The notes under the pieces are model-generated. The model did no database searches. It worked only from the letters and a program-made list of their open reading frames with translations, and was not told the DNA's origin. The translations under genes were made by a program, and so were the position numbers. Of a DNA stretch of 64,000 bases, positions 31,734 through 41,088 are shown piece after piece (the stretch's first letter is position 1; each line of letters starts with the position of its first letter). The DNA is taken from assembly GCA_963823665.1 (NCBI GenBank), contig CAWGMQ010000005.1, positions 1,664,001-1,728,000 on the forward strand. The letters run 5' to 3'. Source of the stretch: an uncultured Planctomycetota bacterium. Lineage in GTDB: Bacteria; Planctomycetota; Planctomycetia; Isosphaerales; Isosphaeraceae.

Positions 31734-31852
31734 ATCTGGGCTCGATTGATCGACTTGCTTGTTCTCGGATTGCCGATGCTCGTTTCGGCGGATCACGCGG
31801 AGTCACTGTCGCGACATTTGCTGCCCTCGTCAGCTCTGGTCATTTCAAGCCT

Positions 31853-32563
31853 ATGTGGCAACCGTTGAACCTCACCACGACCCGTGTCGCCCTCGACTTT
31901 TCCTCGTCATTCGGGAGTCATTTCCAGGCGACCCGGCTCAACGCTGACTCGGAGCGGCTGACGAATGCAATTGAGCTGATTGATTGGTCCGACGATCCCA
32001 TTCAAGTCGACGTGTGTGAAGAATGCGGCATCACTCACTGTAAGCCAGGTGGATGGGTTACGTTCCGGCGCTGCGGGCAATACGTGCTCGTACTTCCGGC
32101 ATTCGCAGCCATGGTCGACAACGAGCTGGAGTACTCCGCACCGGAATTTCTCCTGAAGCGTGGACCGGCGGTTCTCACCGCGCAAACGTTCTCGAGCGCG
32201 CGATCGATTGCCATCAACTTACCGCCTGCGAACGAGCTTGCCCCACTGACGAGGCACGAGGCCGTGCGGACATTTCAATGGGAAGCGCCGGGGCACGTCC
32301 TGGGAAGATTTCCAGCGCACCCCATTCTTGACCGGGCTCTGGTCCTCGCAACGGATTCTGGCGAGCCCGCCGAGCGCGTCGAACGACTGAACTCGCTCCT
32401 GACAGAGATGTTCGCCTCAGGCGAGCCCGCGCTGCCTGGAGCGCAATCCACAGCGATTTGCCTGTACCTCGATCTTCCAGGATATCCCGAATGGCAAGCC
32501 CTCTACGAAGGCGACCGGCTGGCGCTCGTGCTGAGTAAGGGCCTGGCTATCGGAGCAGCCTGA
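31853..32563 (+). CDS. Hypothetical protein with CxxC-x3-C motif
   Basis: VCEECGITHCKPGGWV. Confidence 0.7.
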   Translation: MWQPLNLTTTRVALDFSSSFGSHFQATRLNADSERLTNAIELIDWSDDPIQVDVCEECGITHCKPGGWVTFRRCGQYVLVLPAFAAMVDNELEYSAPEFLLKRGPAVLTAQTFSSARSIAINLPPANELAPLTRHEAVRTFQWEAPGHVLGRFPAHPILDRALVLATDSGEPAERVERLNSLLTEMFASGEPALPGAQSTAICLYLDLPGYPEWQALYEGDRLALVLSKGLAIGAA

Positions 32564-32636
32564 CCTCATAGTACAGCCCACACAACATTAAAAAAGAAAA
32601 TGCAGGCGCATTATCCCGGCTGGGGCGAGACACCAT

Positions 32637-33155
32637 ATGCCAATGCTCAGTCGAATCCGCTTTTCACTCGCGAAGATCATGATGTTCGTGCTCGCCTGCG
32701 CCGCGGCTTCGGCGCTCTTTGCGAGGATCATGGAGCACACGACGCTGGCCGGCGCAGCCGATTGGAACATCGACATCCCCACTCTCTTTCTCCTGGGTAT
32801 CGTGTTGACTGCACTCGCGCTCGGCTTCTGGAAGTCGCACACGGCCGTCCAGATCATGCTTCAGGTCACGCTCGCGTGCCTGGGCTGCCTGACGCTGATC
32901 TGGATCGGCGAGGCGAAATACGAGCGTGCGATCCGCTACTGGTTCCAAGCGTGTTTCGCTGCCACGGTCACGTTGCCGCTCATCGCCCGGGGCATAGTTA
33001 AATCAAGCATACCGAGAGGACCAAGGCGCAACTGGTGGAAGAAAACGTGCGAAGCCGTTTTCTTTGCGTTCCTGAACATGATGCTGATCACCGCGGGCGG
33101 CCTGTTTCAAACGGTCTTGATTTACTACGGGTCCGAATTGCTTGGCAAGCCGTAG
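32637..33155 (+). CDS. Hypothetical membrane protein
   Basis: RFSL..IM N-terminus; five TM segments. Confidence 0.75.
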   Translation: MPMLSRIRFSLAKIMMFVLACAAASALFARIMEHTTLAGAADWNIDIPTLFLLGIVLTALALGFWKSHTAVQIMLQVTLACLGCLTLIWIGEAKYERAIRYWFQACFAATVTLPLIARGIVKSSIPRGPRRNWWKKTCEAVFFAFLNMMLITAGGLFQTVLIYYGSELLGKP

Positions 33156-33185
33156 TGCCTGATTTCCGGGATAGGAGATTCACCC

Positions 33186-33557
33186 ATGGGCTTGAACGGA
33201 ACGCGCGGCGGCTGTCCCGTCTGCAAGGCGGCCCTTTCCGCCATGCCCTTCGAGCCAATTGCCGAACGCGAGTGTCCTCGCTGCGCGGCCGCGCTCTGGG
33301 CACTCAACCTACCGTCCGGCCCGCTGTTCTGCGTCCGACGCCCGGATCAATCCTGCGCGGAATTCATCGCTGAGCTCGCGGGTCCGGCGCTCGGAATCTC
33401 AGCGCACGAGGCCGCGTCGCTCCTGATCGGAGCCGATCGCTTTGATTTAACCGAGTTGCTGGCGGAGCTCGACACGGCGAACGTGAGATGGGACTCCTCC
33501 GCGGCGAACTCAATCCGGCGCAGGCGCCCGATTCATAGCTGTCGATTTTGGTGGTGA
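33186..33557 (+). CDS. Zn-ribbon protein with degenerate ACP-like helix
   Basis: RBS AGGAG; CPVC..CPRC..LW; GADRFDLTELLAEL. Confidence 0.7.
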   Translation: MGLNGTRGGCPVCKAALSAMPFEPIAERECPRCAAALWALNLPSGPLFCVRRPDQSCAEFIAELAGPALGISAHEAASLLIGADRFDLTELLAELDTANVRWDSSAANSIRRRRPIHSCRFWW

Positions 33558-33574
33558 TGCGTTAGACTGGCTCG

Positions 33575-33874
33575 ATGAGCGACCGCGAATTCTTGCAGGT
33601 CAATCCGGCCACTCTCCATCTGCCGGGCGGTCGCCGCGATGGAGTTGATCCCATGAAATTGCACCGCCAGTTGGCCCGGCATGGCATGTCGGTCGCTGGG
33701 ATGCCTCCGCTGGAAGTTAGTCGCGGTACCGATGGGGAATTGGTGATCAACGACGGTGTGACGAGGGCCACCCGCGTTGCGAAATACCTGCCGGGCACGT
33801 TGGTGCCCGTGGAAGTCACGGGGACGTTGCCGGTGGCAGTCGCCGGGTTGCCCACGGTGAAGGAGCGGCTATGA
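33575..33874 (+). CDS. Small ParB/Sulfiredoxin-like protein
   Basis: V.P..L..G..GMPPLEV..G.LVINDGVTRATR..VPVEV; TAGACT 6 nt upstream. Confidence 0.75.
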   Translation: MSDREFLQVNPATLHLPGGRRDGVDPMKLHRQLARHGMSVAGMPPLEVSRGTDGELVINDGVTRATRVAKYLPGTLVPVEVTGTLPVAVAGLPTVKERL

Positions 33875-34089
33875 ACCCTGAAGAAACACGCGCGGAACTG
33901 CTGTCAGCATTGGCCGAACTGGGGCGTGCACATCCAAGCTGGCGGCTCGGCCAGGCGCTGTCCAATCTCGCGATGGCGGCCGGGCGTTTGGACGCCGGCG
34001 GCGTGTGGGACCTGGAGGACGAAGAGGCGCTAGCAGCCGCCAGGCGACTCCTGGAAAGTCGTTCCAGCACGCCCGTGACGACCGGCTGA
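33871..34089 (+). CDS. Small helical partner protein
   Basis: ATGA overlap; ELLSALAEL...PSWRLGQAL.N..WDLEDEE. Confidence 0.78.
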   Translation: MNPEETRAELLSALAELGRAHPSWRLGQALSNLAMAAGRLDAGGVWDLEDEEALAAARRLLESRSSTPVTTG

Positions 34090-34185
34090 GAACAGGTGCG
34101 ATGCGCGGCTTCGACGTGCACGGCGGCGCCCCCGTCTGCCAGGCGGCCCTTGCCGCCGCGCCCTCCGATTAAGGCAGCGGGCACA

Positions 34186-34917
34186 ATGCTGTTCTTCCAC
34201 GACGCCACGGTTGAACATCTTGACATCCGGCCGCGAATCACGATGGCGGCGCTGGGCGAATTGGCTCGCACCCAGCGGCGTCTCAGGATCGACTTACCGC
34301 CTTCGGTGCGTGAATGGTACTCGTACGATTGCGCGGTGTCGGTCCTATCCGAGCACAGCAACGGTGATCCACCGATTCCGGTAGCGGAGTTCGCCCTGAC
34401 GGAATCGATCGTCGGACCATTGATCCCGATTCGGCGGGAGAATCAGGGCGTTTGCACGTGGGCGATCCTCCTCGACGGGTCGAACGACCCGCCGGTGTTC
34501 GTCGATGTGGATTCAGACGGCACGGAGTGGCGGCTGCATGCCCAGAATTTCTCGACCTACGTCTATGCCTGCGTTTGGGATTATCGCGTTGTCTTCAAAC
34601 AGCCCGGACTGGCGCAAGCGCAGAACGGTCCAATCAGCGATCTTTCACTCAATGCTCTGGCCGATTCGTTCGACCGGCGACCAAAGACATTCGCTTGGCC
34701 TGGTAGCGCGCAGTATCGGTTCCGCGGGAACGGCATCGGCGTGCTGATCTGGTCAACGGATGGCCATTCGGCAGACTGGTTCGTCGGCGCGGCCGATGCG
34801 ATTTCATTGGAATCAGCTTTGCGCATCGTCTGGGAACTCGACGAGGTCGGCAAGTCCTTCTACCCTTGCTCCGATATCGCCGAGGAAGTGCTGGCCAAAC
34901 TCAATCGCGACGCCTGA
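34186..34917 (+). CDS. SMI1/KNR4 (SUKH)-like protein
   Basis: RL..DLPPSVREWY; ENQGVCTWAI.LDGSNDPPVFV. Confidence 0.7.
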   Translation: MLFFHDATVEHLDIRPRITMAALGELARTQRRLRIDLPPSVREWYSYDCAVSVLSEHSNGDPPIPVAEFALTESIVGPLIPIRRENQGVCTWAILLDGSNDPPVFVDVDSDGTEWRLHAQNFSTYVYACVWDYRVVFKQPGLAQAQNGPISDLSLNALADSFDRRPKTFAWPGSAQYRFRGNGIGVLIWSTDGHSADWFVGAADAISLESALRIVWELDEVGKSFYPCSDIAEEVLAKLNRDA

Positions 34918-34947
34918 GCAATCGTTGCAGCGCGTCTGGCCCGCTCC

Positions 34948-35183
34948 CCTTCTTCGATTGGCCGGGACGGGGAGGCGGGACAAGCGTGAGGCAATCCCTG
35001 AAGACCTGGCTCCCATCCTGGACCGGCTGCGTGTGGATCGATCGAATTGGGTGCACACGGTGCGCGACTTCGGTCGCATGTCCAAGCAAGCGGCAGGTCG
35101 AGCGAGTTCGCTTGTGTGCGCCGCACCGCGTTGCTCACGGCGCTGGTTTCAGGGCAAGACGGCCGCGCGAGTCGCGTTTCTGG
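34948..35183 (+). mobile_element. RAYT-like transposase C-terminal remnant, copy B
   Basis: DW.G/RRDKREAIPEDLAPILDRLRVDRSNWVHTVRDFGR..AAGR..RRWFQG..AARVAFL. Confidence 0.72.
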
Positions 35184-35308
35184 AAGTAAGCGGCTCGCGG
35201 CGGCAGACGCGGAATTCGATTGGATTCGAGGCCGGCCAGCGTTGTTTCATTCGCCGCAGCGGCAAGCGACGAACCACCGCCGCTTTCCCGATGGATCATC
35301 CTCGGGCG

Positions 35309-35824
35309 TCACGTCGACGACGATGATCGCCGGCCGGCGTGGCGAAGCTGATTCAGATTGCGATAGAATTGCGTTTCCAGGCGGTTGCTGCGGAGAGCAG
35401 TGAGTGTCTCGAGCACTAAATTGACACTGGCAAAAAGCAGCAAAGCGACCCCAGCGACGGCGAGCAGAGTAGGAAGCGCCATCAGCCAATTCCGTAGCAT
35501 TGCATCGATTGCGAGAGTCAGGCTCGTTCCCACGAAGCACGTGAAGGCCATATACAAGGACGTCAGCGCATATCGCAGCCGGTCGCTCCGCGCCTCGAGC
35601 CGGTGCATCTGATCATGAACATGCTCCAGCCTCTCCATGGCAAAGTCAAGTTCGGCGACGCCGCGGTCCAGCTTGTCGGCATGATCGTTCAGGAAGCGGA
35701 TGCGGTCGACGACGCGCGTCACCCGGTTCGAGGTCGAGATGATCAGAGACGCGTTGGCCGTCATGAAGATCGCTGGTGTGATCATGGCAGTGAGCGCGTC
35801 GAAAGTGAGCGACGAAAGTGGCAT
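35309..35824 (-). CDS. DUF2721-like membrane protein
   Basis: AMITPAIFMTA.ASLI.STSNR..RVVDRIR; three TM segments. Confidence 0.8.
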   Translation of the reverse strand: MPLSSLTFDALTAMITPAIFMTANASLIISTSNRVTRVVDRIRFLNDHADKLDRGVAELDFAMERLEHVHDQMHRLEARSDRLRYALTSLYMAFTCFVGTSLTLAIDAMLRNWLMALPTLLAVAGVALLLFASVNLVLETLTALRSNRLETQFYRNLNQLRHAGRRSSSST

Positions 35825-35884
35825 CGCAGGTGCCAGGTTCCAGTTACCACCAACCCTAGAGAAATCGACGACTGCCTTCCCCCG

Positions 35885-35926
35885 CAATATATCCCAGCGC
35901 ACGCACAATATATCCCAGCGCACGCA
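35885..35926 (+). repeat. Perfect 21-bp tandem duplication
   Basis: caatatatcccagcgcacgca x2. Confidence 0.9.
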
Positions 35927-36054
35927 CACTGACCATCCGGCGCTCACCAGCCTTATTCGACCTCGGCATCGGCTCCCCTCACGCCCTCGGCGAGGCTTCC
36001 CCCAACGCGTGCCGCTTCTCGACGTTTGATCGTGGGGCCCGCGGCCGGGTTTGA

Positions 36055-36786
36055 TCAGATCTGGGCAACACCGCCGTCGACGAAGAGCTCGCTCCCCGTC
36101 ACGAAGCTCGAATCCCTCGAAGCCAGGAACAGCGCGGCGGTCGCGATCTCCTCGGGACGCCCCATCGTGCCCCGGGGAATGAGGGCGACGAATTCGTCCA
36201 CGGCGTCCTTCGGCACGCCTTCGAGGATGGGCGTATCGATGGTCCCGGGACTGAGGACGTTCACGCGGATGTTGCGGGCCTTTAGGTCCACCGTCCAGGT
36301 CCTCGCGAACGACCGGAGCGCCGCCTTGCTCGCGCTATAAACGCCAAAGGCCGGGAAGCCCATCGAGCCGGCGATCGACCCGTTCATGATGATCGAGCCG
36401 CCGTCGGCGAAGAGCGGCAGCGCCTTCTGCACCGTGAACAGCGTCCCCCGGACGTTGAGGCCGAAGGTTCTATCGAACTGCTCTTCCGTCACATCGCCGA
36501 TAGGGGCGAATTCCCCGGTCCCGGCGCTCGCGAAGAGGACATCGATCCGGCCTTTCTCTTTCCTCACGGTCTCGTACAGCCGATCGAGATCGGCGAGGTT
36601 GGCGGCGTCGCCCTGGACCCCGGTGACGTTCCGGCCGATCGCCTTCACTGCCTCGTCCAGCTTCTCCCGGCGCCGACCGGTGATGAAGACATAGGCCCCT
36701 TCCTCGACGAAGAGTTTGGCCGTGGCCAGGGCCATGCCCGAAGTCGCACCCGTGATCACCGCTACCTTCTCGCTCAACTTACCCAT
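36055..36786 (-). CDS. SDR family oxidoreductase
   Basis: [32 protein letters not shown]. Confidence 0.95.
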   Translation of the reverse strand: MGKLSEKVAVITGATSGMALATAKLFVEEGAYVFITGRRREKLDEAVKAIGRNVTGVQGDAANLADLDRLYETVRKEKGRIDVLFASAGTGEFAPIGDVTEEQFDRTFGLNVRGTLFTVQKALPLFADGGSIIMNGSIAGSMGFPAFGVYSASKAALRSFARTWTVDLKARNIRVNVLSPGTIDTPILEGVPKDAVDEFVALIPRGTMGRPEEIATAALFLASRDSSFVTGSELFVDGGVAQI

Positions 36787-36853
36787 CGAATCACCCCCGT
36801 TCTGGTGAACAGTCGGAACAGTGGGTATGATAGCGATGGCTTTCGGGAGCGCA

Positions 36854-37129
36854 ATGGAAGCGGACAGGATCGTCGCCCGCAAGGACTTCCAGGAGATCCC
36901 GCCGCGCGTCGAATATTCCTTGACCGAGTTCGGTGTTTCGCTCGCCGAGGCTCTACGGCCGCTCTGCGAATGGGGCCGCGAGCACACGGCCCGCATTGAA
37001 ACGAACAAAGCCGAGGAAGGCATGAGGGGTAGTCGTGACGCTGCCGTGGAGCATGCGCCAGACACGGAATTGAAGATCAAGGACGAGGCGCGGCGACTTT
37101 TACGCGCCGAACGAGCGAGGAGCGTCTAG
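36854..37129 (+). pseudogene. HxlR family regulator, N-terminally truncated
   Basis: [28 protein letters not shown] only; N-terminal half absent. Confidence 0.78.
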
Positions 37130-37131
37130 CC

Positions 37132-37494
37132 ATGTTGCACAGTTTGACCATCGGTCACCTCGATCCGGCCGCTGTGCAACGGCACCAGACGCTGCCCACC
37201 AAGGCGCTCGAGATGGAAGTCGTTCATCGAATCTTGGCAGAACTGGGCGAAAAGGATGCCGAGGGTAACGTGACGCTGGGGGGTTGCAAGGTAAGATTCG
37301 AGAATTCCGCCGTTTCATGCCTGTGGAAGAGTGTTGGCACCAATCGTGTCGCTGAGGAATTCGCACTCCGGATCCAAAAGGAAACGGGATGTCTGATCGC
37401 CGATGTGGGCGGATATCGAGTCGTTGTTCCCGCGGAACTTCTTGGCTTGAACGGTCTCGTGGCTCCGGCCACGGCGGCGGCGGCGCGCGTCTAA
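37132..37494 (+). CDS. Hypothetical protein
   Basis: RBS GAGGAG; NRVAEEFALR.QKETGC.IAD. Confidence 0.65.
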   Translation: MLHSLTIGHLDPAAVQRHQTLPTKALEMEVVHRILAELGEKDAEGNVTLGGCKVRFENSAVSCLWKSVGTNRVAEEFALRIQKETGCLIADVGGYRVVVPAELLGLNGLVAPATAAAARV

Positions 37495-37511
37495 TATCTC
37501 CGGATGTGCTC

Positions 37512-37575
37512 GAATCGCCCCATTCATTCGCGCGGGAATGGAGAGACTCCTTCGCGGAGCGAAGGGCGACTCTGG
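37512..37575. repeat. Degenerate REP-like palindrome
   Basis: Right arm ttcgcggagcgaagggcgac; left arm decayed (tcgcccc..ttcgcg). Confidence 0.45.
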
Positions 37576-37708
37576 GGTGGGCGAGTGCGCTCGGTTCAGG
37601 CGACACTGAATATGAAGGTCTTCCTCAGCGGGTTGGTCCGCATTGATGACACCTTGAAGCCGCGACCGTGGCGCTACCTTCACCCGCAGGCGTCAGGAAG
37701 CAGAATGC

Positions 37709-38564
37709 GTGGGCCGGAAAGTGAGGCGTCACTTGCGCTCTGAGTCTGGAGAAATCGACGGCGGCCAACCCCCAAACGCGAGCACGCCGGCCTCACGTCC
37801 TTTGCCCTCTTCGCTCGACGAAGTGCGGGCAATGACGCCAGCGCGGGTTTTTACCGGACGGGCAGGCGCCGCTTACAAAACTACGACGTGGCTCAAGCTG
37901 CGAGTCGATCATGCCCTGGCCAGGGATGCTGTCTTCGCCGAGATCGATCTCCTGCGCGATCTGGGTGAGGCATTCGTGGACGAGTGGAGCTTGTTCGAAG
38001 TCGCGACGCTGGCCCAGACGAAAACCGATTATCTGCTGAGGCCCGAGCTGGGCCGCTCATTATCGGCAACGGCGAAAACCGAGCTGAAGAACCGCTGCGC
38101 ATCTGGTGCCGACCTTCAAATTGCAATCGCCGATGGTCTCTCGGCGACGGCCGTGCGCGCAGGTACCCGCGCTCTTGCCTCTGCTCGCGGAAGAAGCTGG
38201 GAAGCGCGGCTGGAAGTTCGGCCAGCCATTCCTGATCCGTCATGCTCGGGTGGGAACCTTGAACGACATCGGCGAAGCTCTTGATCCCACCGTCGTCGTG
38301 CTCTTGATTGGCGAGCGGCCTGGGCTGGCGACGGCCGAAAGCCTGTCGGCGTATATGGCCTACCAGCCGCGAGCTGGTCATGACGACTCGCGCAGGAATT
38401 TGATCTCAAATATCCACGCCCGCGGCGTCACGTCCATTCAAGCGGCCGAGCGGATCGCGCGGCTTGCGGAGCAAATGCTCGCTGTGAAAATGAGCGGCGT
38501 GCATTTGAAAGAACAAGCGACAGCCCACGAAGCGCTCGCAGCGAGGAGGCCGCCCCTCGAGTAA
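37709..38564 (+). CDS. eutC: Ethanolamine ammonia-lyase light chain (frameshift near 38160; start uncertain)
   Basis: TPARVFTGRAG, DHALARDAV, YLLRPELGR, IADGLSA, LLIGERPGL...SLSAY, RNLISNIH. Confidence 0.88.
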
Positions 38565-38570
38565 CGAAAA

Positions 38571-38917
38571 TCACTCCGGCAAGCCGCTGTGGACCCGGGG
38601 CCTGGGCCCGGGTCGCATCTGCCTCGATCTGCAAAAACTCTTACCAGCGATCGTCCGCCTGGGCGCGTGGGAGCGTCACGCCCGCCAGGCGCAAGAAGAC
38701 GTGGTAATGGCCGCGCTCGGACGACCACAGACGCTCGTATAACCTGGCAAGCCCGGCTTCGCGCCCGCGGCAATAGCGTGCCAGAAGGTTGAAGCGCTCG
38801 CACGATCGAAGCTCGATCAAGGCCGAAACGATGAGCCGTTCGAGGAGCTCCACGCTACCGCGTCCCTTGCGGACATGCTGTCTCAATTGATTGGCGTAGT
38901 CATTGGTCGAGAGACAT
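38571..38917 (-). pseudogene. miaE: tRNA ms2io6A hydroxylase MiaE-like remnant
   Basis: N.YANQLR.HVR..LLERLIVSALIE.RSCERF..LY..L..SE.GHY; in-frame TAA at 38641-38643; N-terminal half missing. Confidence 0.72.
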
Positions 38918-38955
38918 GGTCGAACTTGCGTCGAGCATTTACCATTCTTTCATCG

Positions 38956-38971
38956 AATTTATAGATAAATT
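38956..38971. promoter_or_regulatory. AT-rich inverted repeat, candidate operator
   Basis: AATTTAT-AG-ATAAATT upstream of the miaE remnant. Confidence 0.35.
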
Positions 38972-39145
38972 TCGTTTGAATACTTGGGACGAAGGCGCAA
39001 CACTACAGAGCCAGAGGATTCGAACCGAACACGACGTGAATGCTCGCAAACCGCATACGAAAGCGACCCCCCTTTTCTCGGTGCATCTCGCCTCTCGGGC
39101 CGGAGACGCGGCGTCTTCCGCAAACGTCCGCGCCTTCCGGTCATC

Positions 39146-40972
39146 TCAAGGAGCCTTCACGTCGATTGACGATTGCTTGACGACCCAATCCCCGATCACC
39201 TTGAGCGCTGCGGGGGCAATTGTCTCTTCGATCTGGTTGTACTCCGTGACCGACCCGGTCTTGCATGTCTGAAACAGGTGGTTCAACCCTGGAAGCTGCA
39301 CGGTGGTCACTTGCGTGTTGCCCCCCTTCTTGATCGCTTTCGCAATTTCCTCGAGGTTTTCCCTGGGAGGCACCTGCAAATCCTTCTCGCCATTGAGCGC
39401 CAGGACAGGGCACCGCACCTTCCCGAGAGTCGGCCTGGGGTCGAACGACAGAAAGAAGCGGAACCACTTTGACTCGAGTATCTTCATCTGAGTGTCGGCA
39501 AATGAATCAAGATCGCCCACCTCCTTTTTCTCGCCGGGCGAAAGATCGCCGAGCAGTTTCTTGAGCTCCTCGCGCGCAGAGACGCTCGCCTTCTTGGGGT
39601 CTGTCTCGCTTTTGATGATGTCGAAAAGACGCTTTCGCATTTCGTTCTGCTTGTCGAGGTCCTTGTCGTTGCCGCCCATCACCTTGCCGATCAACTTCGC
39701 TTGCATCATCATGATCTCGGCACCGGGCAGCCCGGTGCCCGCCAGCAACACGATGAACGCGACGTCGCGCGACCGCGCGGCGACGATCGGCGCGATGAGC
39801 CCCCCCTCACTGTGGCCCATCAGGCCGATTTTTTGGCCGTCGATTTCCGGCCGCGACTTGAGCAACGCGATCCCGGCATCGACATCGCCCGCGAATTCTT
39901 CGCTGGTCGCCGTCGCGATGCTCCCCGAGGAGCCACCGACTCCGCGGTCGTCCACGCGCAGCACGGCGACTCCCCGGCGCGTCAACATATCCGCCAGGAC
40001 CAGGAACGGCTTGTGCTGGAGGATCGTCTCATCGCGATCCTGGGCACCCGAGCCGCTGATCAAGATCACAGCCGGAAATGGACCGCGGCCTTCCGGCAAG
40101 GTCAGCGTTCCCGCCAGCGTGATCCCCGCGGGCTCGTTGCGATACTTGAGCTCTTCGACCTTGTACGGAAAGGGGGGCTTGGGCGTTTGCGGCCTGCGGA
40201 GCGCCGTCACTTGATCGGTCTTCTTGAGCGTGAGCGAAAGCTTCACACCGCTCTGCGTGAAGGTGCCAACCGCTTCGTTTTCTTCGCCGTTGAGCTTGCC
40301 TTCATACTTTATGTCGTGCGCTTTCATCGCGAAAGCGAGCTTGGTCTTGTCGAGCGTGATCGAATCGACCTTCAGCTTCATTGCGCCTTGATCAGGGCTT
40401 TGCAAGTTCGCCAGCAGCCGGCCGTCCTCGGTTTTCTGAACGCGCACGACGAGCCGAAGCCCCTGCCCGGGGCCGGGGCCGAGCTTGCCTTCCCAGATCT
40501 GCTCCTTACCGACGAGCTTCGGCTCCGGAGTGGCCTTGTCCTTCTTCACGAACGATACCGGAAGTGAAACCCCCGGCTGGGTCCAGGTGCCCGTCGCCTC
40601 GGTGCCCGCGGTGTTGAGCTTCCCGTCGAACTTGGCCTGCGAAACCTTTAACTCGAAAGCCAACTTCGACCGATCGATGACCACCGAGCTCAGCTTCAAG
40701 CCGCGGAGGCCCTCATCCGGACTGTCGAGCGTCGCCACGGGCTCGGCTCCGTCACGCAAAGTGGCGTGGATTACCAGGCGTAACTCGATACCAGGAGCTA
40801 CCTTGAGTGTTCCCTCCCAGACTTGCTCCTTGTCCTTCGCTTTCGAATCATCCGCCCGCACGAGCTGACAGAAAAGAGCAAGGGCCGCGATAGCCACCGT
40901 GCCCGTCATCCACCGCAACGCCCTCATCGATGATGACCTCCGGCGACCTGTCACGGTCGCGCTGTTTCGCAT
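39146..40972 (-). CDS. Secreted alpha/beta hydrolase with two N-terminal repeats
   Basis: ISGSGAQDRDE, DDRGVG, GHSEGG, GEKDLQV, LNHLFQ; two WEG.L...LRLV..SPD repeats. Confidence 0.9.
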   Translation of the reverse strand: MRNSATVTGRRRSSSMRALRWMTGTVAIAALALFCQLVRADDSKAKDKEQVWEGTLKVAPGIELRLVIHATLRDGAEPVATLDSPDEGLRGLKLSSVVIDRSKLAFELKVSQAKFDGKLNTAGTEATGTWTQPGVSLPVSFVKKDKATPEPKLVGKEQIWEGKLGPGPGQGLRLVVRVQKTEDGRLLANLQSPDQGAMKLKVDSITLDKTKLAFAMKAHDIKYEGKLNGEENEAVGTFTQSGVKLSLTLKKTDQVTALRRPQTPKPPFPYKVEELKYRNEPAGITLAGTLTLPEGRGPFPAVILISGSGAQDRDETILQHKPFLVLADMLTRRGVAVLRVDDRGVGGSSGSIATATSEEFAGDVDAGIALLKSRPEIDGQKIGLMGHSEGGLIAPIVAARSRDVAFIVLLAGTGLPGAEIMMMQAKLIGKVMGGNDKDLDKQNEMRKRLFDIIKSETDPKKASVSAREELKKLLGDLSPGEKKEVGDLDSFADTQMKILESKWFRFFLSFDPRPTLGKVRCPVLALNGEKDLQVPPRENLEEIAKAIKKGGNTQVTTVQLPGLNHLFQTCKTGSVTEYNQIEETIAPAALKVIGDWVVKQSSIDVKAP

Positions 40973-41088
40973 GTCGGCCGCCGCCGCCCGGCGGCAGATG
41001 AAGCCGATTTTACGTTCATTTCACTTCGTCCTTACGTTCGCCGCGTACAGTGATTTATTGGAAGCTTACTTCACAAGGAGTGAGAACA

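Noticed and set aside
26500..35000. Integron cassette array (co-oriented small genes; attC-like words near 3268 and 34912)
   Set aside because: No repeated complete attC with paired RYYYAAC/GTTRRRY ends and no integrase in the window
36787..37080. N-terminal extension of the SDR ORF
   Set aside because: It is the antisense of the HxlR remnant; the SDR starts at MGKL (36786)
38641..38643. Stop-codon recoding or programmed frameshifting as a general explanation
   Set aside because: Internal stops are of mixed type (TAA, TAG), all three stop codons end normal genes, and the frameshift sites share no slippery motif
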